DNA from: an uncultured Clostridia bacterium
GTDB taxonomy: Bacteria > Bacillota > Clostridia > Oscillospirales > Acutalibacteraceae
Assembly (NCBI GenBank): GCA_937916395.1
Contig: CALFTN010000068.1
Coordinates: 6,373 to 70,372 of the forward strand
Reading direction: 5' to 3'
DNA length: 64,000 nt
Positions 54,518 through 62,214 of the stretch are shown here, piece by piece. The translations under genes and the position numbers were made by a program. Below the pieces are notes generated by a model. The model had not been told where the DNA came from. It was given only the letters and a program-made list of their open reading frames with translations, and ran no database searches. Each line of letters starts with the position of its first letter. Within the stretch, counting starts at the first letter, position 1.

Positions 54518-56356
54518 CTATTCACCGTGAAAAGTCGTATAAATTTCAACCGCATCTGTTTTGGAAATACCCTGCACACTTTCTAATTCTTCAACACTTG
54601 CAGTTCTTATATTATCAATTGTGCGGAATTTCACTATAAGATTTTTAGCTTTTTTCTCGCCGATTCCCTTTATTTGTGTAAGCGAATTTTCTAAAGCAGA
54701 TTTTGTATGTTTCTTGCGGTGATATTCAACTGAAAATCTATGAACCTCATCCTGAATCTGAGTAACAAGTGAAAAGGCTTTTCGTTTAGAATTGAATTCA
54801 ATTCTGCCACCACTTGTAGAAATTGCCGAGGTGCGATGCTTGTTATCTTTAACCATACCGAAAAGCGGTATATTAAGATTAAATTCCTGTAAAAGAGGTA
54901 AAACTGCATTAACCTGACCTTTACCACCATCAAGCAAAATAAGGTCTGGCAATTTACCAAAACCATATTCTTCATTATCTGCTTTATGATTGTAATATTC
55001 AGTAAATCGGCGTCTTAAAACTTCTTCCATAGAAGCGTAGTCATCTTGCCCAGAAAAGCCTTTTATAGCAAAACGCCTGTATGCTTTTTTATATGGTCTG
55101 CCATCCTTAAACACAACCATACCGGCAACGTTGTCGCTACCAGCGGTGTGAGAAATATCGTAAGACTCAATGTACTGTGGGATATTTTTCATACCAAGCA
55201 TAAGTGCTAATTCTTCAAGTGCGTTTTTAGTTTTTTCGCTACTCGAAAGTTTTTCTAAAAGCTTTTGAGTGGCATTATTTTTACACATTGTAATAAGCTT
55301 TAGCTGGTCACCTTTCTGTGGAATTACAATCTGCACGTTTGTGCTTCGTTTCTCTGAGAGCCATTTTTCAATATCTTCTATTCCCTCAACCTCACCATCA
55401 ATTTCAATTCGTGGTGGAATTGTTCTGTTTAAAGAGTAGTAAGAAGTTAAAAATTCTGCCCTCATATTTTCAGAAGTGCCGTTTTCCTCAAAAATAAAAT
55501 GCTCGGTGTCACAAAGTTGGTTGTCAGAAAAACGAAGAACTGCAATACAAACCTTGTTTTCAACAACACTAAGTGCAAAAACATCTTGTTCTTTGTAAGT
55601 AGAAGAAACAACCTTTTGCCTACTCTTAACCTTTTCAATTCCTCTTATGGTATCACGAAGCTTTGCGGCTTTTTCAAAGTTAAGCTCTTCAGAGGCTTTT
55701 TCCATTTCTTGCTTTAATTTACGAACAGTATCCTGAGTGCCAAGCTTTAAAAACTCAATAGCTTCTGTTACTCTTTCATCATATTCATTTTCTGTAATTT
55801 TACCGGCACACACAGCACAACATAAATCAAGATGAGAATTAAGGCAAGGGCGTTCTTTTTTTATATCTCGAGGAAACACCTTGTTACAGGTAGGTAATTT
55901 GTAAATTTTCTTTGCCTCATCAACTGCATTTTTCACAGAATATCCTGCAGTATATGGACCTAAATACTCTGCACCATCATCAGCCTTTTGAAACACAGCC
56001 TTGATATTACGCCACGGTCTTTTGGTAATTTTAATATAACTATAACCCTTGTCATCCTTTAAAAGAATGTTGTATTTTGGCATATTCTGCTTTATTAAGC
56101 TACACTCTAAAACAAGCGCTTCAAATTCACTGTCAGTAAGAATGTAGTCAAAATCCTGAACATTCTCAACCATCTTGCGAACTTTAGGAAGATGCTTTTC
56201 TTGCGAACCAAAATATTGCGTAACTCTGTTCTTCAAAGCCTTAGCTTTACCAATATAAATAATCTCCTTGTGAGAATCACGCATAATATATACACCAGGG
56301 TTAAGCGGAAGCTTATTCGCCTTGTCTTTTAACCTTTTTAATCTTTGGTCTTGCAT
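54518..56356 (-). CDS. uvrC: excinuclease ABC subunit C
   Basis: GIY-YIG N-terminus (GVYIMRD..IIYIGKAKALKNRV), UVR domain and C-terminal HhH. ATG 56356 follows AGGTGAG. Confidence 0.96.
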   Translation of the reverse strand: MQDQRLKRLKDKANKLPLNPGVYIMRDSHKEIIYIGKAKALKNRVTQYFGSQEKHLPKVRKMVENVQDFDYILTDSEFEALVLECSLIKQNMPKYNILLKDDKGYSYIKITKRPWRNIKAVFQKADDGAEYLGPYTAGYSVKNAVDEAKKIYKLPTCNKVFPRDIKKERPCLNSHLDLCCAVCAGKITENEYDERVTEAIEFLKLGTQDTVRKLKQEMEKASEELNFEKAAKLRDTIRGIEKVKSRQKVVSSTYKEQDVFALSVVENKVCIAVLRFSDNQLCDTEHFIFEENGTSENMRAEFLTSYYSLNRTIPPRIEIDGEVEGIEDIEKWLSEKRSTNVQIVIPQKGDQLKLITMCKNNATQKLLEKLSSSEKTKNALEELALMLGMKNIPQYIESYDISHTAGSDNVAGMVVFKDGRPYKKAYRRFAIKGFSGQDDYASMEEVLRRRFTEYYNHKADNEEYGFGKLPDLILLDGGKGQVNAVLPLLQEFNLNIPLFGMVKDNKHRTSAISTSGGRIEFNSKRKAFSLVTQIQDEVHRFSVEYHRKKHTKSALENSLTQIKGIGEKKAKNLIVKFRTIDNIRTASVEELESVQGISKTDAVEIYTTFHGE

Positions 56357-56437
56357 TATTCTCACCTACTTTTATGTTTTATAATTGGTATTATACAATA
56401 AAGATAAGAAAAAATAAAGATGTAAAAATAAAACATA

Positions 56438-56466
56438 TTGACTATATATCAATATTATGATAAAAT
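56438..56466 (+). promoter_or_regulatory. sigma-A-type promoter of the toxin-antitoxin operon
   Basis: TTGACT, 17-nt spacer, TAAAAT. Lies ~30 nt upstream of AAAGGAG and ATG 56497. Confidence 0.6.
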
Positions 56467-56496
56467 TTTGATAAGAAATTCTAAAGGAGTGGTTTT

Positions 56497-56769
56497 ATGG
56501 CATCAATTAGACCAAGTTCTGATTTACGAAACAAATACAATGAGATTTCTGATTTTTGCAACAAATTTAATGAACCTGTTTTCATTACAAAAAACGGAAC
56601 AGGTGATTTAGTTGTACTCTCTAATGCTGAATATGAAAGACTTTGTGGTAAAGCGGAATTACACAAACTTTTAGATGAAGGCTTATATGCTGTCAAAAAC
56701 AATGATAATCGTCCTATGGAAGATGTATTTTCGGATATAGAAAGGAAATTTAATTTTGACAACATATAA
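56497..56769 (+). CDS. type II antitoxin, Phd/YefM family
   Basis: The N-terminal IRPSSDLRNKYNEISDF..EPVFITKNGTGDLVVLS pattern fits Phd/YefM. Overlaps the toxin gene by 14 nt. Confidence 0.85.
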   Translation: MASIRPSSDLRNKYNEISDFCNKFNEPVFITKNGTGDLVVLSNAEYERLCGKAELHKLLDEGLYAVKNNDNRPMEDVFSDIERKFNFDNI

Positions 56770-57070
56770 AATAGTAATTGAAAGAACTGCTGAAAATGAC
56801 TTAAGTGATATACTTTCATATATCAGTAACACACTTCATGAACCTATAATAGCTAAAAAACTTTACAGTGAAATAAAAGAAAAATTTTTAAATCTTAAAA
56901 GTATGCCACATCGACACAAAATTGTAAACGAAGAACCTTACCGCTCTATAGGGGTGAGGATGTTATTAATTGAAAATTACATTGCTTTTTATGTTGTTGA
57001 TGAAGAGCGTAAAACTGTACATATTTTCAGAATTCTTTATAATCGCAGAGATTGGCAGCAAATATTATAA
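56756..57070 (+). CDS. type II toxin, RelE/ParE family
   Basis: 104 aa. C-terminal YIAFYVVDEERKTVHIFRILYNRRDW matches the ParE/RelE fold pattern. Operonic with the antitoxin. Confidence 0.85.
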   Translation: MTTYKIVIERTAENDLSDILSYISNTLHEPIIAKKLYSEIKEKFLNLKSMPHRHKIVNEEPYRSIGVRMLLIENYIAFYVVDEERKTVHIFRILYNRRDWQQIL

Positions 57071-57091
57071 ATTATATGCAAGGAGATAATT

Positions 57092-57601
57092 ATGGGAAAA
57101 GCATCAGTAAAGGAAAACAAAAACATTTATCAAATTACAAGAGAAAAATTAGGACTTAGTAGAGCTGCCGCAGTAAAGAGCATTCCTGGCAATCCAGAAT
57201 TCCCTGGTATGGATGGAATTGCAGAATACCGGTTAGTAAAAATCGAAGATGGAACTGTTACGGTTCAACCCGCTGATGTAGTCGCTATGGCTAAAAGATA
57301 CAATGAACCAGAACTTCGTAATTATTACTGTTGTCACGAATGTGAAATAGGTAAAATAGATGCTCCTGAAGTTATATACAAAGACAATGTGCACGAAATT
57401 CTTGTTAATATGGCAGTATCATTAAAAAATGTAAATCACAATAAAATCAGACTTATGGAAATACTGGAAGATGGTGAAGTATCTGCTGATGAAGCAGAAG
57501 ATTTTGACAAGTTATATGAAGAACTTGAGCACATCTCTATGACAGTTGAAGCACTTCAATTATGGTGTGAAAAAATGAAATTACGTAACAACGGGAAATA
57601 A
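57092..57601 (+). CDS. HTH-type DNA-binding protein with a Cys-rich middle region
   Basis: The N-terminal ITREKLGLSRAAAVKSI segment is HTH-like. NYYCCHECEIG cluster and an acidic helical C-terminus. Confidence 0.6.
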   Translation: MGKASVKENKNIYQITREKLGLSRAAAVKSIPGNPEFPGMDGIAEYRLVKIEDGTVTVQPADVVAMAKRYNEPELRNYYCCHECEIGKIDAPEVIYKDNVHEILVNMAVSLKNVNHNKIRLMEILEDGEVSADEAEDFDKLYEELEHISMTVEALQLWCEKMKLRNNGK

Positions 57602-57615
57602 ATAATGAATATCAA

Positions 57616-57650
57616 AAGCGTTTCGCATTTTGCGAAGCGCTTATTTTTTT
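57616..57650 (+). terminator. intrinsic terminator after the TA/HTH unit
   Basis: AAGCGTTTCGC-atttt-GCGAAGCGCTT followed by a T-run. Confidence 0.8.
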
Positions 57651-57670
57651 GCTGAAATAGTGAAAATAAC
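57649..57670 (+). promoter_or_regulatory. conserved 22-mer, copy 1 (candidate operator/promoter element)
   Basis: TTGCTGAAATAGTGAAAATAAC matches TTGCTAAAGTAGTGAAATTACC at 59034-59055 in 18 of 22 positions by eye. Confidence 0.3.
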
Positions 57671-57766
57671 AATCTGTATTTTACCAACTTTATCATTTTT
57701 CTTTTTTTACTTATGTATTACGATATATACGAAGCAAATCAGTTAATTATTAAAAGGATGATTATT

Positions 57767-57907
57767 ATGACTGTAAGACAAAGAATTTTAACACTCAAAT
57801 TAAATGAAAAAATTAAAAATGACCCAGAATATGCTAATAAAATCGGTATTAAGAATACTACTGAAAAAGATACCATTAAAAAAAGCAATAAAAATAAAAC
57901 TTACTAA
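57767..57907 (+). CDS. small basic protein (46 aa), unknown
   Basis: ATG 57767 follows AAAAGGA. MTVRQRILTLKLNEKIKNDPEYANKIG.. Precedes the NERD gene. Confidence 0.4.
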   Translation: MTVRQRILTLKLNEKIKNDPEYANKIGIKNTTEKDTIKKSNKNKTY

Positions 57908-58025
57908 AACAGTAAAAATAGAACCCATTATTTTACCGAACTTGTTATATAAAAAGTTTAGAAGAACATTTACAATGGAATCATAGCAATAGAACTTGCT
58001 AAAAAATATAAAAGGAGAATGTATT

Positions 58026-59012
58026 ATGAACATTCAAGAAAGACAGAATCAAATTTATGAAAGTATTAACAGTTTCAAAAAGGATTTGTATCACAAAAAT
58101 GAAATCCTTCCGGAATTACTTAATTATCAGCAAGAAGTTGTAAACTTTGCATTTGGCGATGATTTTGAAAACAGAACCGAGCTTCGCTTTTGGGATGCAA
58201 TAAACCACTACAAAAACCTTAATACAGAACGTAACGAGATTGCAAATGATGAATTACAAAAATTTATTATCGACTGTAAGAAAGCAACCAACAAAATTAA
58301 AGCTGAGATTTCCGGCAATCATGGAGAAGAAATTGCATTAAGAAGTTTAGAAACCTTAAAAATCAAAAATGTTATTTCTAAAAATATCGAACTTCAAAAC
58401 GATTATCTTCGAAGTGAAATTGATGCGGTAGTATTTACTAAAAAGGGAGCTTTTATTATTGAAGTGAAAAACACCAAGAAAAATATCTTTATAGATAAAA
58501 ATGGATTATTTTTCAGAGTAACCGATGAACGACAACAATTTGATTCAAATATTGCCGAAAAAATGCAAACAAAAGAGGCATTATTAAGAACCGAACTCGA
58601 TAAACTTGGTTACAGCGGACTTCAGATTTTTAAAATTGTTGTGTTTACTAATACAAAAGCAGAAATACAAAATAAATGCAAACAATTAAAAACCTGTTTT
58701 TCAAGTCAATTAGCTACAATTATTGAGAATTGGGATGCCCCTGTTTATCTTAGAACTAATGATTTATACACAATGTCCGAAGCTATCAACAGAATTTCTT
58801 CAAGTGCAACATTCCCAATGGAATTTGATACTGATGCAGCAAAGAAAAACTTTGCTTTACTCGTTGCAAAATTAGAACTTGCAGAATTACCACAAAAACA
58901 AACATGTATAAGTTGGATTAAAAACTTTGCATCTATTTTTAGCACAAAAAATCATAGATATGCCACCGCAACAACTGCCGCGGCTGTCGGAATTATAACA
59001 ACATCTATTTGA
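58026..59012 (+). CDS. NERD (nuclease-related domain) protein with a C-terminal hydrophobic tail
   Basis: The GNHGEEIALRSLE..SEIDAVVFTKKGAFIIEVKNTKKNIF pattern matches the NERD signature (GxxGE..EIDhhhh..G.hhhEvKn). ATG 58026 follows AAAGGAG. Confidence 0.75.
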   Translation: MNIQERQNQIYESINSFKKDLYHKNEILPELLNYQQEVVNFAFGDDFENRTELRFWDAINHYKNLNTERNEIANDELQKFIIDCKKATNKIKAEISGNHGEEIALRSLETLKIKNVISKNIELQNDYLRSEIDAVVFTKKGAFIIEVKNTKKNIFIDKNGLFFRVTDERQQFDSNIAEKMQTKEALLRTELDKLGYSGLQIFKIVVFTNTKAEIQNKCKQLKTCFSSQLATIIENWDAPVYLRTNDLYTMSEAINRISSSATFPMEFDTDAAKKNFALLVAKLELAELPQKQTCISWIKNFASIFSTKNHRYATATTAAAVGIITTSI

Positions 59013-59033
59013 TTTACATATTTTGCTAAAGTA

Positions 59034-59055
59034 GTGAAATTACCGCCATTTAACT
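59034..59055 (+). promoter_or_regulatory. conserved 22-mer, copy 2
   Basis: See 57649-57670. Also followed by the palindrome GGTTACAATGTAACC (~59090-59104). Confidence 0.3.
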
Positions 59056-59152
59056 TGTTAACTTAATTATATATCTTTTGAAAAGAGTCGGTTACAATGT
59101 AACCATAGTAAGAAACAACTTACTAAAAAATATTTGATTAGGAGGACTGATT

Positions 59153-59338
59153 ATGAGTTATTTAAATTTAGTAAAAGAAAACCAATCTTTAAGAAAGGAG
59201 AATGCAAGATTACGTAATTTATGTAATGAAAAAGATTCTTATTTTATGGAATTAATGTCTGATGCTTTGCGTCATGGTAGTAAATTAGCCGCCAAACATA
59301 TGGCAGACAGGAAAAGTTATAAGAATGATAGGTATTAA
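59153..59338 (+). CDS. small coiled-coil protein (61 aa), unknown
   Basis: Track ORF preceded by AGGAGGA. Confidence 0.45.
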   Translation: MSYLNLVKENQSLRKENARLRNLCNEKDSYFMELMSDALRHGSKLAAKHMADRKSYKNDRY

Positions 59339-59361
59339 TTAGAAATCAGGAAGTTTTATTT

Positions 59362-59633
59362 ATGTTTTTTAAAAAAGTGCTTATGAGGTAAGCGAAAAGG
59401 AATTTGAAGAATTAACTTTTGGTAGAAATGACACTGTTTGTTTATCATACGATGAACACACTGGGATTATCAATGAAGATGGATATGTTGATCTTGACAG
59501 GGAAGACGAAGATTTTATTGGTAGAGACTTTATAGACTCACTCATTGATAGCAGAAAATCGATAGCTTGGGGAAGAGATGAAGAAACCGATACCAACTAT
59601 GAATCCACCCGTTGGAGTAGTAAAAATAATTAA
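59362..59633 (+). pseudogene. ~90-codon gene interrupted by a frameshift at a T6A6 run (or a programmed -1 shift)
   Basis: AGGAAG plus a 9-nt spacer precedes ATG 59362, which reads MFFKKVLMR and then stops. The -1 frame is open from 59376 to TAA 59631-59633 (SAYEVSEKEFEELTFGRND..) with no start codon of its own. Confidence 0.35.
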
Positions 59634-59646
59634 AGGATGTGTTAAT

Positions 59647-59949
59647 ATGTCAACAAATTGGGAATATGCAATAGCATCTTCGGAGATTGCAGATTTAGGT
59701 GGACTCGAAGCATTTAAAAAAATTCACTTTAATAGAGGTGTTATAAGTTCAAGTAAAGTTTGGGCTCCTGCAACAATAGCTATAGGAATTGCTACAACAC
59801 TAGTTACAACAGCATACCAAAAGCAAAAAGCAGCAAAAGAGCAAAAACAGTTATTAGAAGATAGGGCTCAAGAAATTGAAAAAGCTTTAAAGAATTATGC
59901 TAGGTTTAATGAACAAATGCAAATTGAGGAGGTGACAAATAATGAGTAA
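59647..59949 (+). CDS. small single-TM protein (100 aa), unknown
   Basis: ATG 59647 follows AAAGGA. TM segment VWAPATIAIGIATTLVTTAY. The track ORF start at 59578 lacks an RBS. Confidence 0.5.
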   Translation: MSTNWEYAIASSEIADLGGLEAFKKIHFNRGVISSSKVWAPATIAIGIATTLVTTAYQKQKAAKEQKQLLEDRAQEIEKALKNYARFNEQMQIEEVTNNE

Positions 59950-60148
59950 ATTCAAAATTATTTTTGATGGTGAAGAGGAAGACGATATCTTTGATACCGA
60001 AGAAGCAGCAGAGGAATATGCATCATATCTTTGCTCTTGTTCAAGAGAAGGTGCTGAAATTTTTCACATGTCAAACCCTGGTGACTACGATTATGATGAA
60101 GATGATTTCGAAGACCCAGATTATGAAATTGTCGAAGTAGATGACTAA
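59942..60148 (+). CDS. highly acidic 68-aa protein, unknown
   Basis: GAGGAGG RBS. Overlaps the upstream stop. Roughly 40 percent Asp/Glu by eye. Confidence 0.5.
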   Translation: MSKFKIIFDGEEEDDIFDTEEAAEEYASYLCSCSREGAEIFHMSNPGDYDYDEDDFEDPDYEIVEVDD

Positions 60149-60201
60149 CAAAAGTCTCTATAAAACACAATCAAAACAAACCGCCTTAGAACAAATAATT
60201 C

Positions 60202-60330
60202 GTTCAATTTGGATGTTGAAGGCATTTTCTTTAGCCCGACCGCGTACAAAGGTACGCCGAGTGGCTAAAAAAATGACTAAAAGCCTCGAAGTCATAAAAC
60301 TTCGAGGCTTTGTTCAACGCCAAATTCAAC
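60202..60330 (+). repeat. structured palindromic intergenic element, copy 2
   Basis: Outer arms GTTCAATTTGGATGTTGAA / TTCAACGCCAAATTCAAC. Core CCCGACCGCGTACAAAGGTACGCCGAGTGG. Side hairpin GCCTCGAAG..CTTCGAGGC. Confidence 0.65.
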
Positions 60331-60339
60331 AAATTATAA

Positions 60340-60603
60340 TTATTCTTGGAAACCGCTATCTACTAATGCAGCAAGTGCAGTAACTGCTTGTTCTTCATCT
60401 ACACCACCAGCGATGATGCGGATATCTGTACCACCCATAATGCCGAGAGAGAGCACACCAAGAAGACTCTTTGCATTTACTCTTCTTTCTTCTTTCTCAA
60501 GCCAAATTGATGATTTGAATTCATTTGCTTTTTGAATAAAAAATGTAGCTGGACGAGCGTGAAGACCTACTTGATTTTGAACTGTAACATCTTTAACAAA
60601 CAT
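60340..60603 (-). CDS. ptsH: phosphocarrier protein HPr
   Basis: GLHARPA (His15 site) and KSLLGV (Ser46 site). Confidence 0.93.
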   Translation of the reverse strand: MFVKDVTVQNQVGLHARPATFFIQKANEFKSSIWLEKEERRVNAKSLLGVLSLGIMGGTDIRIIAGGVDEEQAVTALAALVDSGFQE

Positions 60604-60942
60604 ACCAATTTACTCCTAAATTCTATTATTTTGTCATATTTACTATTTCGAATATTTGGTTGTACGCTTGAACTCGTCACACAACATTTTGTGGAAAAAT
60701 TCAGGTACAGGGGAAAAATCGCTAAGTTTCCTTAACTGTGATTATTATATCACTAAATTGCCTAAAGTCAACGAATTTTCAAAAGTTCATAGGTAATGCT
60801 AAACTGTGCCATTTTTAAAGTTTTCCATTTGTGCAAGTTTACTACAATTTTCGAGTACTTCTATCAAACTTCACCAAGTTATTGAATAGGTATTCACCTA
60901 GTAAACCATTGTTTTCACACTATATATTATGCAGCAAAATGC

Positions 60943-61686
60943 CTACTTCATACTATGGTTTTCGCGAATTTTTGCTAAAACTTTTTTGTCATTTTTACTA
61001 AGCTCAGCTTTTTCTAAAAGCTCCGGTCTTCTTAAAAATGTTCTTAAGAGTGATTGCTCTCGTTTCCATTCTTCGATTTTGCCGTGATGGCCTGAATACA
61101 AAACCTCAGGCACTTCTCTTTCGTGCCACACAGCAGGCTTTGTATACTGTGGATGCTCTAAAAGAGATGAATAATGACTTTCACCAATAAAGCCTTGTTC
61201 ATCAGCAAGTACACCAGGCAACATACGTGAAACAGCATCCGCTAAAATCATTGCTGGTAACTCGCCACCTGTTACAACGTAATCACCAATAGAAATTTCT
61301 TCATCAACAATCTCGTCAATTACCCTCTGGTCAACGCCCTCATATCTGCCGCAAAGAATTGCAATGTTGTGCATTTCTGACAATTCTTTCACTCTTTCCT
61401 GAGTGAGCGTTTTACCAACTGGTGACATATATATTAAGTGAGGTCTTTCTTTAGTTTCACTACAAACCTTTTCGAAGCAATCATAAATAGGCTGTGCCAT
61501 CATAAGCATACCCTCTCCGCCACCATAAGGGGTATCATCAACCTGATTATGCTTATTCACTGCAAAGTCACGTATCTGATGAAAATTCATTTCTACTGCA
61601 CCTTTTTTGCGTGCTCTGCCTATAATGCTTTCAATCATAACCGCTTCACACATTTCGGGGAAAAGAGTTAAAATATCAATCCTCAT
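60943..61686 (-). CDS. trmD: tRNA (guanine37-N1)-methyltransferase
   Basis: [13 protein letters not shown]-terminus, GRYEGVDQR and trefoil-knot motifs. Confidence 0.96.
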   Translation of the reverse strand: MRIDILTLFPEMCEAVMIESIIGRARKKGAVEMNFHQIRDFAVNKHNQVDDTPYGGGEGMLMMAQPIYDCFEKVCSETKERPHLIYMSPVGKTLTQERVKELSEMHNIAILCGRYEGVDQRVIDEIVDEEISIGDYVVTGGELPAMILADAVSRMLPGVLADEQGFIGESHYSSLLEHPQYTKPAVWHEREVPEVLYSGHHGKIEEWKREQSLLRTFLRRPELLEKAELSKNDKKVLAKIRENHSMK

Positions 61687-62194
61687 TAAAAAGCCCCCTT
61701 AAAGCGTTAATATATATTTTTTCATTTGCTACATCACATTTAACAATAACGTCTGGTATGGCAGGAATCAAAACTTCTTCCCCAGAAGTTGTTTTTACAT
61801 ACCACACATCGTTTGCACCAGTTTCGGCAACATCTGTTATTTCGCCGTAGCAAATTTCATTATTTTCGTTATCAATCACCTTGCAGCCCAAAAGCTCACT
61901 TATAAACCATTCACCATCCGGCAAATGAGCATCCTCTCTCTTTATAAAGAGAACTGTATTTTTTAGATTTTGTGCCATCTCTACAGTGTCAACACCTTCT
62001 AATTTAGCTATGGCAACATTTTTATGCGGACGGCAAGAAATAACCTTAAAACATTCTTTTCCGTTCGCATCTTTATATAAAGTCTTAAATTTTTTTACAA
62101 ATTCAGGTCCATTACACCACGGATTAATTCTTACTTCACCACGAATACCGTGAGTAGAAACAATCTGACCTATTTCAAGATAATTTTTTATCAT
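61676..62194 (-). CDS. rimM: ribosome maturation factor RimM
   Basis: [15 protein letters not shown] motif and PRC barrel C-terminus. ATG 62194 follows AGGTG. Confidence 0.93.
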   Translation of the reverse strand: MIKNYLEIGQIVSTHGIRGEVRINPWCNGPEFVKKFKTLYKDANGKECFKVISCRPHKNVAIAKLEGVDTVEMAQNLKNTVLFIKREDAHLPDGEWFISELLGCKVIDNENNEICYGEITDVAETGANDVWYVKTTSGEEVLIPAIPDVIVKCDVANEKIYINALRGLFNED

Positions 62195-62214
62195 AATTTG
62201 CACCTATAAATTTG

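Noticed and set aside
54373-54579. The 68-aa minus-strand ORF in the hydrolase-uvrC gap.
   Set aside because: It overlaps the uvrC 3' end out of frame and covers the right inverted-repeat arm. It has no RBS and poor composition.
59381-59596. The 71-aa minus-strand ORF (Ser-rich).
   Set aside because: The opposite-strand frame has far more protein-like composition and fits the plus-strand operon. The minus ORF is its shadow.
56438-60330. An intact prophage or ICE between uvrC and ptsH.
   Set aside because: There is no integrase, excisionase, replication, packaging or structural gene, no tRNA target and no flanking direct repeats. At most it is a remnant or a small islet.
60141-60383. The 80-aa plus-strand ORF downstream of the acidic protein gene.
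   Set aside because: It reads straight through structured repeat copy 2 and into the antisense of ptsH. It has no RBS. Its sequence similarity to the 62.2-kb intergenic copy is at the DNA level, not the protein level.
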